DNA of 64,000 bases from a virus (taxonomy: Duplodnaviria > Caudoviricetes), in IMG/VR virus record IMGVR_UViG_3300042295_001683, positions 9,404 through 73,403 of that record. One strand, written 5' to 3'. Position numbers and translations under genes: made by a program. Position 1 is the first letter of the stretch; each line of letters starts with the position of its first letter. Below are positions 19,101 to 28,686 of this stretch, one piece after another. The notes under the pieces are model-generated. The model was not told the DNA's origin. It ran no database searches and saw only the letters and a program-made list of their open reading frames with translations.

Positions 19101-19312
19101 CCCAACAAATCAAGATCGCTTACCTACTCCAGCGATTTATCTCAGATCGCAACGAGTGGAAAACACTACGCTCCAACAAAAAAGAATCTGATGCAATCAA
19201 ATTATTGAAGCGGATGCGGTTGAGACATCCTGAATTACAGTATCGGGTTGCGATTGAAGAAGAGACTACTACGATTGCGGTTGTAAAGGTTGTTAGAGGT
19301 ATTGAATTATGA
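19097..19312 (+). CDS. hypothetical protein
   Basis: coupled ORF, GGAGG RBS. Confidence 0.6.
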   Translation: MTQQIKIAYLLQRFISDRNEWKTLRSNKKESDAIKLLKRMRLRHPELQYRVAIEEETTTIAVVKVVRGIEL

Positions 19313-19665
19313 TTTACGAATTAAGTCGCAATTACGATCGCGCATGGAAATTGATACAGCAAGGCGAAAAGCTTGCGTGTTGGGTTGATTACGATTCACT
19401 TTTTAGAGATATTGCTCAGGCTTACAAATGGTTTGGAGCGACAATGATTGTAGCGAGAGGGACTCAGTATGTTTATTTGTTTGAAGAGCAAAATAATTTT
19501 GATGATTTTGCCAAGCGTTGCACAGAGCTTAATGCTGAATTTTATCTACCACTTGCTGACAATATGATCGTGATTTCTGAGGAGCGTTTAACAGAAATAA
19601 CCTCAAAAGTCATTGACAGGAATTTTGAAAATTTAAAAAAATATCGTAAGGGAGAAGCATCATGA
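19309..19665 (+). CDS. hypothetical protein
   Basis: coupled ORF. Confidence 0.6.
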   Translation: MIYELSRNYDRAWKLIQQGEKLACWVDYDSLFRDIAQAYKWFGATMIVARGTQYVYLFEEQNNFDDFAKRCTELNAEFYLPLADNMIVISEERLTEITSKVIDRNFENLKKYRKGEAS

Positions 19666-20249
19666 AAACACCGCCGCTAGGCATGACTGAAGCTAACTTC
19701 TGCGCGATAGTTGATCCGCGATCGCCTAATCCTAAGACTGAAACGCGGCGATTATCTAATGGTAGTGATAAGCCTAAGTATAATGTGGGCGATCGCTGCT
19801 ACCTAACAGAGCCAACGCAAAATCTAGCTGGCGCTGATTACACAAACAAAAAACTGCATATTCAGTATTTTTGGCATAGTCCAGAATCTAAGTGGGTAAC
19901 TCCTACTGAGCAAGATTTGATAAAAATCAACAACCGCAAAACTGGCTTATACTCAAAACAAAACGCCCGTTTCATGCTGAAGTCCTTTGCCCGTTACTGG
20001 GTTGAGATTGTTGATGTGAAGTTAGAGCGATTGCTTGATATCACGGCTGAGGCGGCGATCGCTGAAGGGATTGAGTATGACGATTACTGGGATCGTTATT
20101 GGGATTACATGGCAGAAGATTACTCTTTTAAGTCTCCCATTGATTCTTATATCTCAGAGATCGAGATGCTGCATGGCAAGGCGATCGCTAATTCAAACCC
20201 TTGGCTATGGGTTTATAAATTTAAGCTTATAGGTAACAACAATGAGTGA
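19662..20249 (+). CDS. ASCH/PUA-like phage protein
   Basis: KTETRR, YNVGDRCYLTE, VKLERLLDITAEAAIAEG, NPWLWVYKF. Confidence 0.75.
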   Translation: MKTPPLGMTEANFCAIVDPRSPNPKTETRRLSNGSDKPKYNVGDRCYLTEPTQNLAGADYTNKKLHIQYFWHSPESKWVTPTEQDLIKINNRKTGLYSKQNARFMLKSFARYWVEIVDVKLERLLDITAEAAIAEGIEYDDYWDRYWDYMAEDYSFKSPIDSYISEIEMLHGKAIANSNPWLWVYKFKLIGNNNE

Positions 20250-20610
20250 ATTAGAACAGATTGAAGACATGATTTTAGAATGCAATGAAGAGTGTGGTAA
20301 TTATTACCAGATTCAAGAACTGCAAGAAGAGGCTGAAAACATTAGAAATGAGCTTGAATCAACTAAAACCTACAGCGAATTACTAGCAGAAATACAGCCT
20401 CAAGTCATCACCAATGATGCAGAAAATGACGCAAACCTAGCGCACATTGAGAGGCTATGGAGCATTAAAAACCGCACACCAGAAGAAGAAAAGCTGTTTG
20501 ATTTACTGCTTTTGCTTTCAGAGCAATTTGAAGAAAAGGCTTATCCGATGAAATCACCTTGGTATGCGGGGCTTTGGTATCGGATTCAAGCTTTTATTTT
20601 TAGGTGGTAA
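20242..20610 (+). CDS. protein containing a HigA-antitoxin-like N-terminal domain but no HTH
   Basis: YSELLAEIQPQVITNDAENDANLAHIERL...RTPEEEKLFDLLLLLSEQFEEKAYPM. Confidence 0.6.
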   Translation: MSELEQIEDMILECNEECGNYYQIQELQEEAENIRNELESTKTYSELLAEIQPQVITNDAENDANLAHIERLWSIKNRTPEEEKLFDLLLLLSEQFEEKAYPMKSPWYAGLWYRIQAFIFRW

Positions 20611-21224
20611 TTATGGCTAGAAAATCAGCACCCAAAAAAGAACTGACGGTTGAGGCAACGCCGATCATTGAGCGATACCGATCGCGCCACACTTGGGCGG
20701 AGTTCGTTGCGCTGTATGTTCCTGCGGATGCGGATAAGTACCCGACGATGCATAGGGAGTATTTGAGATAAAAAAATGAACTGCTCGAATTATTTGAGCA
20801 GTTCATTTTTTTATTTGACCGTCATTTGACTACACCCGCAAATATTCGCTTTTAGTCGATTAGCGTTAAAGCACTTTTTTCTATACAGCGCAAAGCTTTG
20901 AGTAATTGCGATGGTTTAAATCAGATTAGCTTTTAAACACTTTTATTTTGCCAATCGTGGCAATCGTTAGGCACATAGAAACTAGCGCTATCCCGTGGCG
21001 GTACTTTGGTGCAGAGCCGCCAGTTATTAAATCGGCAGTTGTGGCAACCTTTCAGCGATCGCACATCATGGGTGTTTTCCAATAGGACGGGGTAAGACTC
21101 TTGTACTTGATATTCGGTAAGTTGTGGCGACATGTTTTATTTTGTGTTTTAACAGTTATAATTTAAAAGCATTGTTACCTTTGTTTAACCTGTTGCCTTC
21201 TTGATCAAAGGCGGATCGCACTCC

Positions 21225-21542
21225 CTACAGCGATCCGCCTTTTTTATTTGCTTGTAACAGTTTGTAGGCATTACTCCAATCTGAGTAATGCCTAATATCC
21301 ACAACAGTGGTTATAGGGAAAACAAAGGCATCAGGATAGTCCCCTAGCTCTTTTGCATACTCTAAAGCGATTGTAGCTACTTCGTAGGTAGTGGAAAAAT
21401 CAGCATCAGCAATATTGCTTACAGGCGTTTGGTTTTCACTGCCCAAAAACATCCATTGGGATGTTATGGGTGAAGTTTCTATAATTTGTAGGACGACCAC
21501 AAATCTTTCAAGTGTGTAGGAATGTTCTTGATTAGGAGGCAT
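21225..21542 (-). CDS. hypothetical protein
   Basis: ORF downstream of RHH gene. Confidence 0.5.
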   Translation of the reverse strand: MPPNQEHSYTLERFVVVLQIIETSPITSQWMFLGSENQTPVSNIADADFSTTYEVATIALEYAKELGDYPDAFVFPITTVVDIRHYSDWSNAYKLLQANKKGGSL

Positions 21543-21547
21543 AAGGG

Positions 21548-21823
21548 TTATCCGTATTTTTGCTCACATTCGTAATCGCGATCCGACTCTAATCGCGCCT
21601 CGATATCGTTTACCTTCTGCTCTAATTTTGTGACACGGTTGTTTAGCTTATCCCAGATATGTATAGGCATTTGTAACCGCAAAGACTCATTTATTAAATC
21701 AATAATAGTGATTCGCTCTTTGCTGCCCTCAGCTTCAAACCTAGCATTACGCGCCGCTACGCATTGAATTAGTGCGCTGTAGATATCATCATCAATTCTA
21801 ATATTGCGGGGTTGCCCTGCCAT
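21548..21823 (-). CDS. ribbon-helix-helix-like regulator
   Basis: PRNIRIDDDIYSAL...TIIDLINESLR. Confidence 0.55.
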   Translation of the reverse strand: MAGQPRNIRIDDDIYSALIQCVAARNARFEAEGSKERITIIDLINESLRLQMPIHIWDKLNNRVTKLEQKVNDIEARLESDRDYECEQKYG

Positions 21824-21859
21824 AAATTACCACTTAAGAAACAAATATAAATATAGCAC

Positions 21860-21892
21860 TTGACGTTACTCGCTACAGCGCTGTAGTATAAG
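21860..21892 (+). promoter_or_regulatory. promoter with palindromic operator
   Basis: TTGACG...TAGTAT with perfect palindrome CTACAGCGCTGTAG (21873-21886) in the spacer. Confidence 0.55.
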
Positions 21893-21894
21893 CC

Positions 21895-22161
21895 ATGACG
21901 CACACGATCGCTTACGCTATGACGCACACTGAAAGCCATATAGAGCTTAGCGTTAAGCAGATTATTGAAGCATACGGATTTGCAAGATCAACTTTTGAGG
22001 ATTGGCGCGATGCTGTTTATTCAGGAGTTGGCGATCCGCCTTATTCACAAGATGAATTGAAAATCATTCTTGAGTATGCTGAAAAGAGGTCTGCTAAAGC
22101 GTTTGGAGCTTCTAAAAACAAAAACACTCGTAAAATATCAAGGATCTTAAGATCGTTATGA
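21895..22161 (+). CDS. small HTH-like protein
   Basis: SVKQIIEAYGFARSTFEDWR. Confidence 0.55.
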   Translation: MTHTIAYAMTHTESHIELSVKQIIEAYGFARSTFEDWRDAVYSGVGDPPYSQDELKIILEYAEKRSAKAFGASKNKNTRKISRILRSL

Positions 22162-22643
22162 CAACCCAATACAAGACTAAAGAACAAGTAAAAGCGGAAC
22201 AATCCGCATCTCAAGATAATCAATCTCAAGATGTGTCACCCCAGAATCTAAGCATTACTGATGGTGTAACCAAATTCTATGAGACTCGTTGTGAGTTTTA
22301 CGAGAACGTTTTTTTGCAAGCAGATCAGCAAGCGGCAAAAGATGTAATGGGAAAGTTCTTGACCTACGACAAAAGCAATCGCGAGGCAGTAGGCGGCGCT
22401 TTTTTTGGCAACCTTGCAACCAAGAGACAAGCTCTGAGCTTTGGGCTATTGCCATCGCTCTTTCTACCCTCCCATGTTGAAGCTGAAGCAGTTGAATCCG
22501 AGCCATCAAACATCGAAACACTTACCGCCCGTTTTGACGAGCTTGTTACTTTGGAGCAAAGCTCAGAGATTAGCGATGAGTTGCTAACTGAGTTAGATGA
22601 AGTTGAGGCAAGGCTTAAGGAATTGGGAGTGCTAAAGCGATGA
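22158..22643 (+). CDS. hypothetical protein
   Basis: coupled ORF. Confidence 0.65.
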   Translation: MTTQYKTKEQVKAEQSASQDNQSQDVSPQNLSITDGVTKFYETRCEFYENVFLQADQQAAKDVMGKFLTYDKSNREAVGGAFFGNLATKRQALSFGLLPSLFLPSHVEAEAVESEPSNIETLTARFDELVTLEQSSEISDELLTELDEVEARLKELGVLKR

Positions 22644-22825
22644 CCTCACGCGATTTAGCTACTCTCTCGTCCGTTGAGCTAATCGAGAGATTACAAAGCA
22701 AAGACAAAATAATTGCTCTGCTTGTTCTATCAATAATCTTTAGCTTGATTACTGGCGTATCAGTTGGATTTGCGATTGGGTTTTCTTCAGGCTGGACATC
22801 CGCACAAATACAGAGGGCAAAATGA
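22640..22825 (+). CDS. small membrane protein
   Basis: one long hydrophobic helix. Confidence 0.55.
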   Translation: MTSRDLATLSSVELIERLQSKDKIIALLVLSIIFSLITGVSVGFAIGFSSGWTSAQIQRAK

Positions 22826-23049
22826 GTATATTTTCTGCGATCGCTGAAGCTATTGTTGGCACTTCACAGCAAGAATGGGATTCTGAAGATTATCAGTTTA
22901 TCTATTGCCGAGAAGAAGACCCCGCACTAGTCGAGCCTTTGACCTACTCCGATCATGTTAATAGCTGTGCCGATTTAGATGATTCAGGCAGCGAAGATGA
23001 CAGCGATCTAGAAACTTCTAGCAGTTGGATGTCATGGCTAGGGTTATAA
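22822..23049 (+). CDS. acidic hypothetical protein
   Basis: coupled ORF. Confidence 0.5.
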   Translation: MSIFSAIAEAIVGTSQQEWDSEDYQFIYCREEDPALVEPLTYSDHVNSCADLDDSGSEDDSDLETSSSWMSWLGL

Positions 23050-23207
23050 GCATTGTTTTAACTATTGCGAGTTTAGGGTGTATCGGTTCTGTAGCCTACA
23101 TCCTGAACTCGCTACCAGATCAAATAACAGAATCAAAAGCAGCTTTCAAAAAGAATCAATTATTGCGAGAGATCCGCGATGTCTACAACCAGACAGCACA
23201 ACCTTAA
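23025..23207 (+). CDS. small membrane protein
   Basis: N-terminal TM segment. Confidence 0.5.
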   Translation: MDVMARVISIVLTIASLGCIGSVAYILNSLPDQITESKAAFKKNQLLREIRDVYNQTAQP

Positions 23208-23484
23208 CCATGTACGAGCGATCAGCACTTCCTTTTTAGTTGCCATGAGTTCTTGTGTTTTGTCTGGTGTTTGGCTTACTGGTAGTTGGGTTTACTCTAC
23301 CTATCTACAGCCAAAAGTTGCAGCAGTAGAGATTTCGGAATCTCGCAAAGAATTAGAGAAAAAGCATCGTGAATTGCTTGAGAAATCAGGATTTAAAAGC
23401 GATGTCAATCTTAGATCTGTTACTGATGAAAATTTAAAAGCTGCTAACCGCAAACTGGAAAAGGCACTGAGAGCAGGGCAATGA
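23179..23484 (+). CDS. membrane-anchored coiled-coil protein
   Basis: TM followed by charged helix. Confidence 0.55.
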   Translation: MSTTRQHNLNHVRAISTSFLVAMSSCVLSGVWLTGSWVYSTYLQPKVAAVEISESRKELEKKHRELLEKSGFKSDVNLRSVTDENLKAANRKLEKALRAGQ

Positions 23485-24806
23485 ACTTAACGAAAGATTT
23501 CCATGTATCGCAGGTAGCGCTAGTTCTAGACTCTAAGCGCTACTCGTCTTATGGGAGTCGTGCGTGTAGTTTCACAACCTTAGTGCTTGCCTTAGCAATC
23601 CCCTTTCAGTCGAGCGATTTTGCTAAGGGATCTATTTTTTTAGGTCAGCTAGTTTCAACTGTAAATTGTTTTTACTTATCAAAATTCAGATCGCGATATG
23701 CAGCAGAGAATCATGCAAACGTAATTCATAGAGCCAATGAGGGCTTATCTAATCATTTAGCGGTGTCCTATGCGCCGCCTAAGCGTGAGGTAACGATTGC
23801 CCAATTAGAGATTGTTGAAAAGCCTAATTATTATGATTGGAATAATATTGCTGATGAGGCTGTTGGATTCCTGATTTGTGGCAATTCTGGCAGTGCTAAA
23901 AGCTCTCTTGCTACTTGGCTGGCTGGGCATTTGTCCAAAGATGAGCCAATGGCTGTAATTGCCCTTGACCCACACTGGAATGATTGTTGGAAACTAGCAG
24001 GGATTACTAGTATTGGCAAAATCGAAAAGATTGAAGCTGCTTTAATTTGGCTACTTTCTGAGCTAGACGCAAGATGCGATCGCAAAGGCAAAGGTGAACC
24101 ATTAGGAGATCCTTTATTTGTAATTTGTGATGAGCTAAACGCGGCGCTAGAACGATTCAAAGATAAAAAGGTAGTTGAATCAGCTTTAAAAAGATTAGGC
24201 AGTGAGGGACGCAAATTTGGACTTACCTTTTGCGGATTAAATCAAAGCTCAAATGTAAACGCGATCGGTATTGATGCCAAATACCGATCTAACTATGCAT
24301 TGATTTTGCTAGGTCAATCAGCAAGAAGTCATGCTCAATTAGGCAAATCTTTTACTGATGTGGCTTATCCTTGCTTGCTTGATGGCAGTATCGCGCCATC
24401 TATAGCAATTCATCCTACGCATGGGCATTATTCTACTTTCAGGAAGAAAGGTAATCCACCTAAAAACTTAATGCAGATTAATCAATTGCCTATTCCTAAT
24501 GGGCTGCTAGCAATTATTAACAATGATTGCGATGATTTATCGCAGCCTACAGTATCGGTAAAATCTAGCGAGATTGTGGATACCCCTAAATCGCAAATTA
24601 CCGCGCCAACATTAAAAGCAATTATTAATTATTTGGATGGGCGCGATTGGGTGCGTGATAATTTAATCAGTCAATCAATCACTGAGTTTAAGGTAGCCAA
24701 AACACCGATCGCTGAAGTCCAAGGCTATCTGCAATATTTGGAGGTGCAGGGCTATGTGGAAACTCGTAACGCTGGAAGAAACGGATTAGAAGCAAGGAAA
24801 ATATGA
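23481..24806 (+). CDS. membrane-anchored FtsK/HerA-superfamily ATPase
   Basis: GNSGSAKS Walker A variant, IALDPH, FVICDE Walker B, SEGRKFG arginine finger, GLNQ. Confidence 0.75.
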   Translation: MNLTKDFHVSQVALVLDSKRYSSYGSRACSFTTLVLALAIPFQSSDFAKGSIFLGQLVSTVNCFYLSKFRSRYAAENHANVIHRANEGLSNHLAVSYAPPKREVTIAQLEIVEKPNYYDWNNIADEAVGFLICGNSGSAKSSLATWLAGHLSKDEPMAVIALDPHWNDCWKLAGITSIGKIEKIEAALIWLLSELDARCDRKGKGEPLGDPLFVICDELNAALERFKDKKVVESALKRLGSEGRKFGLTFCGLNQSSNVNAIGIDAKYRSNYALILLGQSARSHAQLGKSFTDVAYPCLLDGSIAPSIAIHPTHGHYSTFRKKGNPPKNLMQINQLPIPNGLLAIINNDCDDLSQPTVSVKSSEIVDTPKSQITAPTLKAIINYLDGRDWVRDNLISQSITEFKVAKTPIAEVQGYLQYLEVQGYVETRNAGRNGLEARKI

Positions 24807-24902
24807 CATTAAATCAAAACATCCCATCAAGACTAAAAGAAGAACTTACTGAGCTTTTGATGCAAGTTTGCAACCCTCACAAAGTCGTTATTTCGCCAAA
24901 AT

Positions 24903-25529
24903 TTGATGACGTTAACTACAAGTATTATTTGTTACCCGATGGCACGTACAGACAAGATAAACGGACTTTTGGAAACAATGGAAAACTCAACTAATTTACT
25001 TCTAATTCCAATCGCTCTAATCGTCTTCGCTTTTGTTTGCCGATGGCATACGGCGTTTGTGGAATCACAGCTCAAAGAACAAGATCGCACTATCTCCAAT
25101 CTCAAAGACCAGATCGACGGAAGAGATGCGGCCCTTAGAGGTAGTGCCAAAATAATTCAAGGGCTAAATCAAGAAATCGAAAGGCTGCAAGAAGCTTCAA
25201 AAAGCGTTCAGCCTATAGCCCATAGCAGTGCTGAAAGGATTGACCAACTACGTGAAGTTATCGATCAGAATAACAAAGCTTTTGCTCAAGAGAATGAACG
25301 GCTTTTAGCGGTAATTGAAGAGCGTTGCAATAAAATCGACATCCTAGAAGATAATCTTGACCGTTCCGACAGCGATCGCCTATCAGAGCTAACATCAATC
25401 ATGCGTATGGTGCAAGCCCTAGAATCAATACCAATGCTTGATAGACTTAGCGGCGCTATACACCTAATTAAGCGAGTGATTTACGATGCAATCTGTAAGC
25501 TCGATCCTAGCCAAGCTGTTGACCCTTAA
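24903..25529 (+). CDS. TM plus coiled-coil protein (spanin-like architecture)
   Basis: LLLIPIALIVFAFVC followed by a long coiled coil. Confidence 0.55.
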   Translation: MMTLTTSIICYPMARTDKINGLLETMENSTNLLLIPIALIVFAFVCRWHTAFVESQLKEQDRTISNLKDQIDGRDAALRGSAKIIQGLNQEIERLQEASKSVQPIAHSSAERIDQLREVIDQNNKAFAQENERLLAVIEERCNKIDILEDNLDRSDSDRLSELTSIMRMVQALESIPMLDRLSGAIHLIKRVIYDAICKLDPSQAVDP

Positions 25530-26301
25530 TCACTTTCTCTAAATCCTTTATCTCAACCCGCAACTGAGCAATCGTACCTGTGTACTGTTCAATGATGCGG
25601 GTTTCTGCTAGCTGAATAATTTTTTCGATTCGCTCGTACCCCACATGCTTAATCTGATTGCTTTCCTCAATCCTGCGATCAATACTATTTAAGGCAATTC
25701 TCAATTCTGATGCATGAATTTCTAATATAGAAGCTGTCTCTGTGGGAATGCTAGCGATCGCTTGTTCCAATGCTTGCACAGCTTCAGTATTGTGCCTAGT
25801 GGCATTAATCAAATCCTCATGCGCTTTATTTACCGACTCGTTAGCCTTAGCCAATGACTGTAAGGATTGAGCGTTTGCCGATGAAGTTTGGATTGCATCA
25901 GACACTAAATGCAATAAGTCTTTTGTGATGGCTGTAGTGGTATCCATTCCCCTTGTAGCAAGTTGGGATACGGTATCGGACAGACCTTGATTAATATCAA
26001 TCTCTGCTTCTAGCTCTTGCCCTTTGCGGTTTTCGGATTGCAGTATCCTACTAGTCTGCGATCCTGACCATTGTTTCCCAATCTCTTTCCAATCCACAAA
26101 GCCAGATAGCTTAGTCAAAATTACAGACAAAACAACTAGTCCAGTCCCTACAGCCCCTGTCCCTAAATTTATAGGTATTTCATTACTAGATCCGCTATTT
26201 GGCGTAGACTGCGATTGTGGCTGCGATGTAGCCACTGCGATATAAGATTTCATTATTGAAACAATAGGGAAAGTATTAGAATGATTATGGCACTTTTTCA
26301 A
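25507..26301 (-). CDS. TM plus coiled-coil protein
   Basis: GTGLVVLSVILTKL, then helical region. Confidence 0.6.
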   Translation of the reverse strand: MKKCHNHSNTFPIVSIMKSYIAVATSQPQSQSTPNSGSSNEIPINLGTGAVGTGLVVLSVILTKLSGFVDWKEIGKQWSGSQTSRILQSENRKGQELEAEIDINQGLSDTVSQLATRGMDTTTAITKDLLHLVSDAIQTSSANAQSLQSLAKANESVNKAHEDLINATRHNTEAVQALEQAIASIPTETASILEIHASELRIALNSIDRRIEESNQIKHVGYERIEKIIQLAETRIIEQYTGTIAQLRVEIKDLEKVIKGQQLG

Positions 26302-26311
26302 GGAATTTCAA

Positions 26312-26467
26312 ATGAACTCTACACAATGGCTAACTGTTTTGGGTGTTGTCGCTGGAGCATCCGAGCTAGCGATCTCGAAAAATATCTATCCCGAATATGC
26401 GTCATGGGCTTTTGGCTTAAGCATTATCGGGATGGGTGCGTTAGGTAAGGGAGTGGAGAAAAAATAG
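26312..26467 (+). CDS. holin-like 51-aa membrane peptide (absent from ORF track)
   Basis: MNSTQWLTVLGVVAGA...WAFGLSIIGMGALGKGVEKK; AAGGA RBS; ends at terminator. Confidence 0.5.
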   Translation: MNSTQWLTVLGVVAGASELAISKNIYPEYASWAFGLSIIGMGALGKGVEKK

Positions 26468-26471
26468 AAAC

Positions 26472-26502
26472 AAAAAAGCGCTCTGACTTAGAGCGCTTTT
26501 TT
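26472..26502. terminator. bidirectional intrinsic terminator
   Basis: AAAAAAGCGCTCT-gactt-AGAGCGCTTTTTT. Confidence 0.8.
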
Positions 26503-26504
26503 GT

Positions 26505-26756
26505 TTAAGAAATCTTGCTAGTATAAGTGCCGATCGCTGAATGGATCGGAAAAGTACAAATCACTGATTCCCCGATCAATACTTCTTTTGTACCTTGGTT
26601 GTAGGCTGTACGGATATCGCCATTAGCAAGCTGTACTTTATTAGCTCCCAAATAAGTTGCACTTACATTTCGTTGCGCGTCATCAATTGTGAGCTTTCGG
26701 TTGATAGCTAGCACTGAATCCATGAATGCTGTTGATAGTAAGTTTTCTATGCTCAT
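26505..26756 (-). CDS. small tail-associated protein
   Basis: last gene of tail-tip operon; OB-like beta pattern. Confidence 0.5.
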   Translation of the reverse strand: MSIENLLSTAFMDSVLAINRKLTIDDAQRNVSATYLGANKVQLANGDIRTAYNQGTKEVLIGESVICTFPIHSAIGTYTSKIS

Positions 26757-26759
26757 AGT

Positions 26760-27584
26760 TTAGCTAAAAGTAATACTGTTTATTTCGATGTTGACCCAAA
26801 CTTCAAACGGGATAGCCCCGACAGCATAGGAACCTGTAAATATTTGAGGGCTTTCGGTCAAAGTTTCGTCAAAAGTCCAGTTAACAGGCGGGGTAGATTC
26901 TTCGGGAAACCCTTCTATTTTTATATAGCCAGTAATGGTAGTTACAATTGCAAAAGTTGAAGCAGTTAACAAAGGACTTTCAGTGCCCAAACTTATTTGT
27001 ACACCCCTTTCTAGCGTTATTTCTATAGATGTATTTTCAAAAGCGATCGCATATTTAAGATAGGGGATTGAATTTCTAAAAATAGCTTCCCCTGTATATG
27101 CGTAATCGATATTATCTGAGGATATTACCTCTTCGCGTTCGGTCACTGGGATATAATCACCCTCCAAATTATAGCCAGCACCTTGGATACTATCAAAACC
27201 TGTTAGTGTACTCCCCCCTGTGTAGGTAATGAGGACTTCATAAAACAGCCCAAGGAAAAATGCAGGGATTATAATATCGGGTTCAGTAGCTGATACTGCT
27301 ACCAACCTATTCCTAGCGTCAACTCTTTGCAGTCCGCCTTGCTTATTTTTTCGCAAATATACTCGCTCACCAATTGGTAAAGGCGCGTTGCAAATCAGTT
27401 TAAATCCGCTATTTATTTCGCCATTTATTGCCACTCGATCCGTGCCATCAATAGGATCAATTCCCTGATAAGTTGCAAATGGATTTAGTAGCCCGTCACG
27501 CTTTTCTTTTGCGTATTGATTACGCAATCGGTCGATTTGTGATTGACTAGCATTGCCAGCTACTGCATCAAAAAAATCTGTCAT
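26760..27584 (-). CDS. tail-associated structural protein
   Basis: N-terminus paralogous to neighbour (FF.AV...ASQ.QI.RL); beta-rich C-terminus. Confidence 0.55.
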   Translation of the reverse strand: MTDFFDAVAGNASQSQIDRLRNQYAKEKRDGLLNPFATYQGIDPIDGTDRVAINGEINSGFKLICNAPLPIGERVYLRKNKQGGLQRVDARNRLVAVSATEPDIIIPAFFLGLFYEVLITYTGGSTLTGFDSIQGAGYNLEGDYIPVTEREEVISSDNIDYAYTGEAIFRNSIPYLKYAIAFENTSIEITLERGVQISLGTESPLLTASTFAIVTTITGYIKIEGFPEESTPPVNWTFDETLTESPQIFTGSYAVGAIPFEVWVNIEINSITFS

Positions 27585-27856
27585 TGTGGCGCTCTAAAGT
27601 CTGCAAAAGTTGTGTAACTATTTTTAGTAGTAGACAAAGAAACTTGCGACGGCGGCGCTCCAAAATTACCAAGATTGGCGGCTTGTATGCCGCCGTCAGC
27701 AGTCGTTACGATAAATTCACCTGTACTAGAATCAAACCCTGTTACCGAGCCAATCTGTATTGGTTGTGGTAAAGACGCTTTTTCGGATACAGATTTTAAT
27801 CGATTGATTTGCGCTTGGGAGGCGCTTGCGATGACAGAAGTAAAAAAATTAGGCAT
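27581..27856 (-). CDS. small tail-associated protein
   Basis: FFTSVIASASQAQINRL; GSVTGFD. Confidence 0.55.
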   Translation of the reverse strand: MPNFFTSVIASASQAQINRLKSVSEKASLPQPIQIGSVTGFDSSTGEFIVTTADGGIQAANLGNFGAPPSQVSLSTTKNSYTTFADFRAPQ

Positions 27857-28676
27857 TTCCTAAACTCACTTTAAAATTACCAGATGGAATAATTAGTTCT
27901 TGACCAACAGTAATATTTTGGGTTGACACTGAACTAAAAACAATTAGATTAGTGGAATCAAACAAAGCGACAGAATTAAAGCCAGTAGCAGCGGCGATCG
28001 CATTGCCATAATTTATATTATTTACAACCTGAATTTGGCGAGTATTACCTACAGTGCTAATTGCAGACCATCCACTGCTAGGGATTGAGAATCTCCCGCC
28101 TGTAGCAACTGTAGCTGTAATTTCAGTAATAGTGCCATTGGTAGCAATCGCTGTTGCAAGCGCTAATTGATTGGATGTTGGCGCTGTACCTGCGCTTGAT
28201 CCTTTTAACCAATTTAGTTGCAAGTCTCTGGCGTAAATACTCCAGAATAGAATATCCAAATCAATGACTATATTGCCAGACGCTCTCGAAACACTATCGC
28301 CACTACCAAAACTTAGAAGCTCTGTTACTCCTAATGCGTTACGGAATGGGAACCCGCCTAAAAAATTACCACTGGTAGAAGCGTCCCAAAAACCAAAGAA
28401 AGGCAGATTGGAGCCAGCCGCGATCGATGTCCCAAAATTCAAAGATGCTGTGCTAACAATCCTTCGATTATTCCCTACAGTAGCAGGAGTGCTAAAGTTA
28501 CTGGAAGTGTACGAAGCTCGACCGCTAAAGTAAGTACCTGTTACCTCATTTGCGCCTGTAAGAGCGGGATCGGCGCTGTGAATACTTGCGTATAAAGTAG
28601 TAGGGGCTGTACCCGCGTTGGTTCCCTTAAAATGATGATTAAGGAATTTGTCGATAAAGTAGCTGGAAAGTCCCAT
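27849..28676 (-). CDS. phage tail fibre-like structural protein with two tandem domains
   Basis: TLYASIHSADP...NEVTG..GR...FGFWDASTSGNFL, domain repeated. Confidence 0.7.
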   Translation of the reverse strand: MGLSSYFIDKFLNHHFKGTNAGTAPTTLYASIHSADPALTGANEVTGTYFSGRASYTSSNFSTPATVGNNRRIVSTASLNFGTSIAAGSNLPFFGFWDASTSGNFLGGFPFRNALGVTELLSFGSGDSVSRASGNIVIDLDILFWSIYARDLQLNWLKGSSAGTAPTSNQLALATAIATNGTITEITATVATGGRFSIPSSGWSAISTVGNTRQIQVVNNINYGNAIAAATGFNSVALFDSTNLIVFSSVSTQNITVGQELIIPSGNFKVSLGNA

Positions 28677-28686
28677 GATTTTTCAC

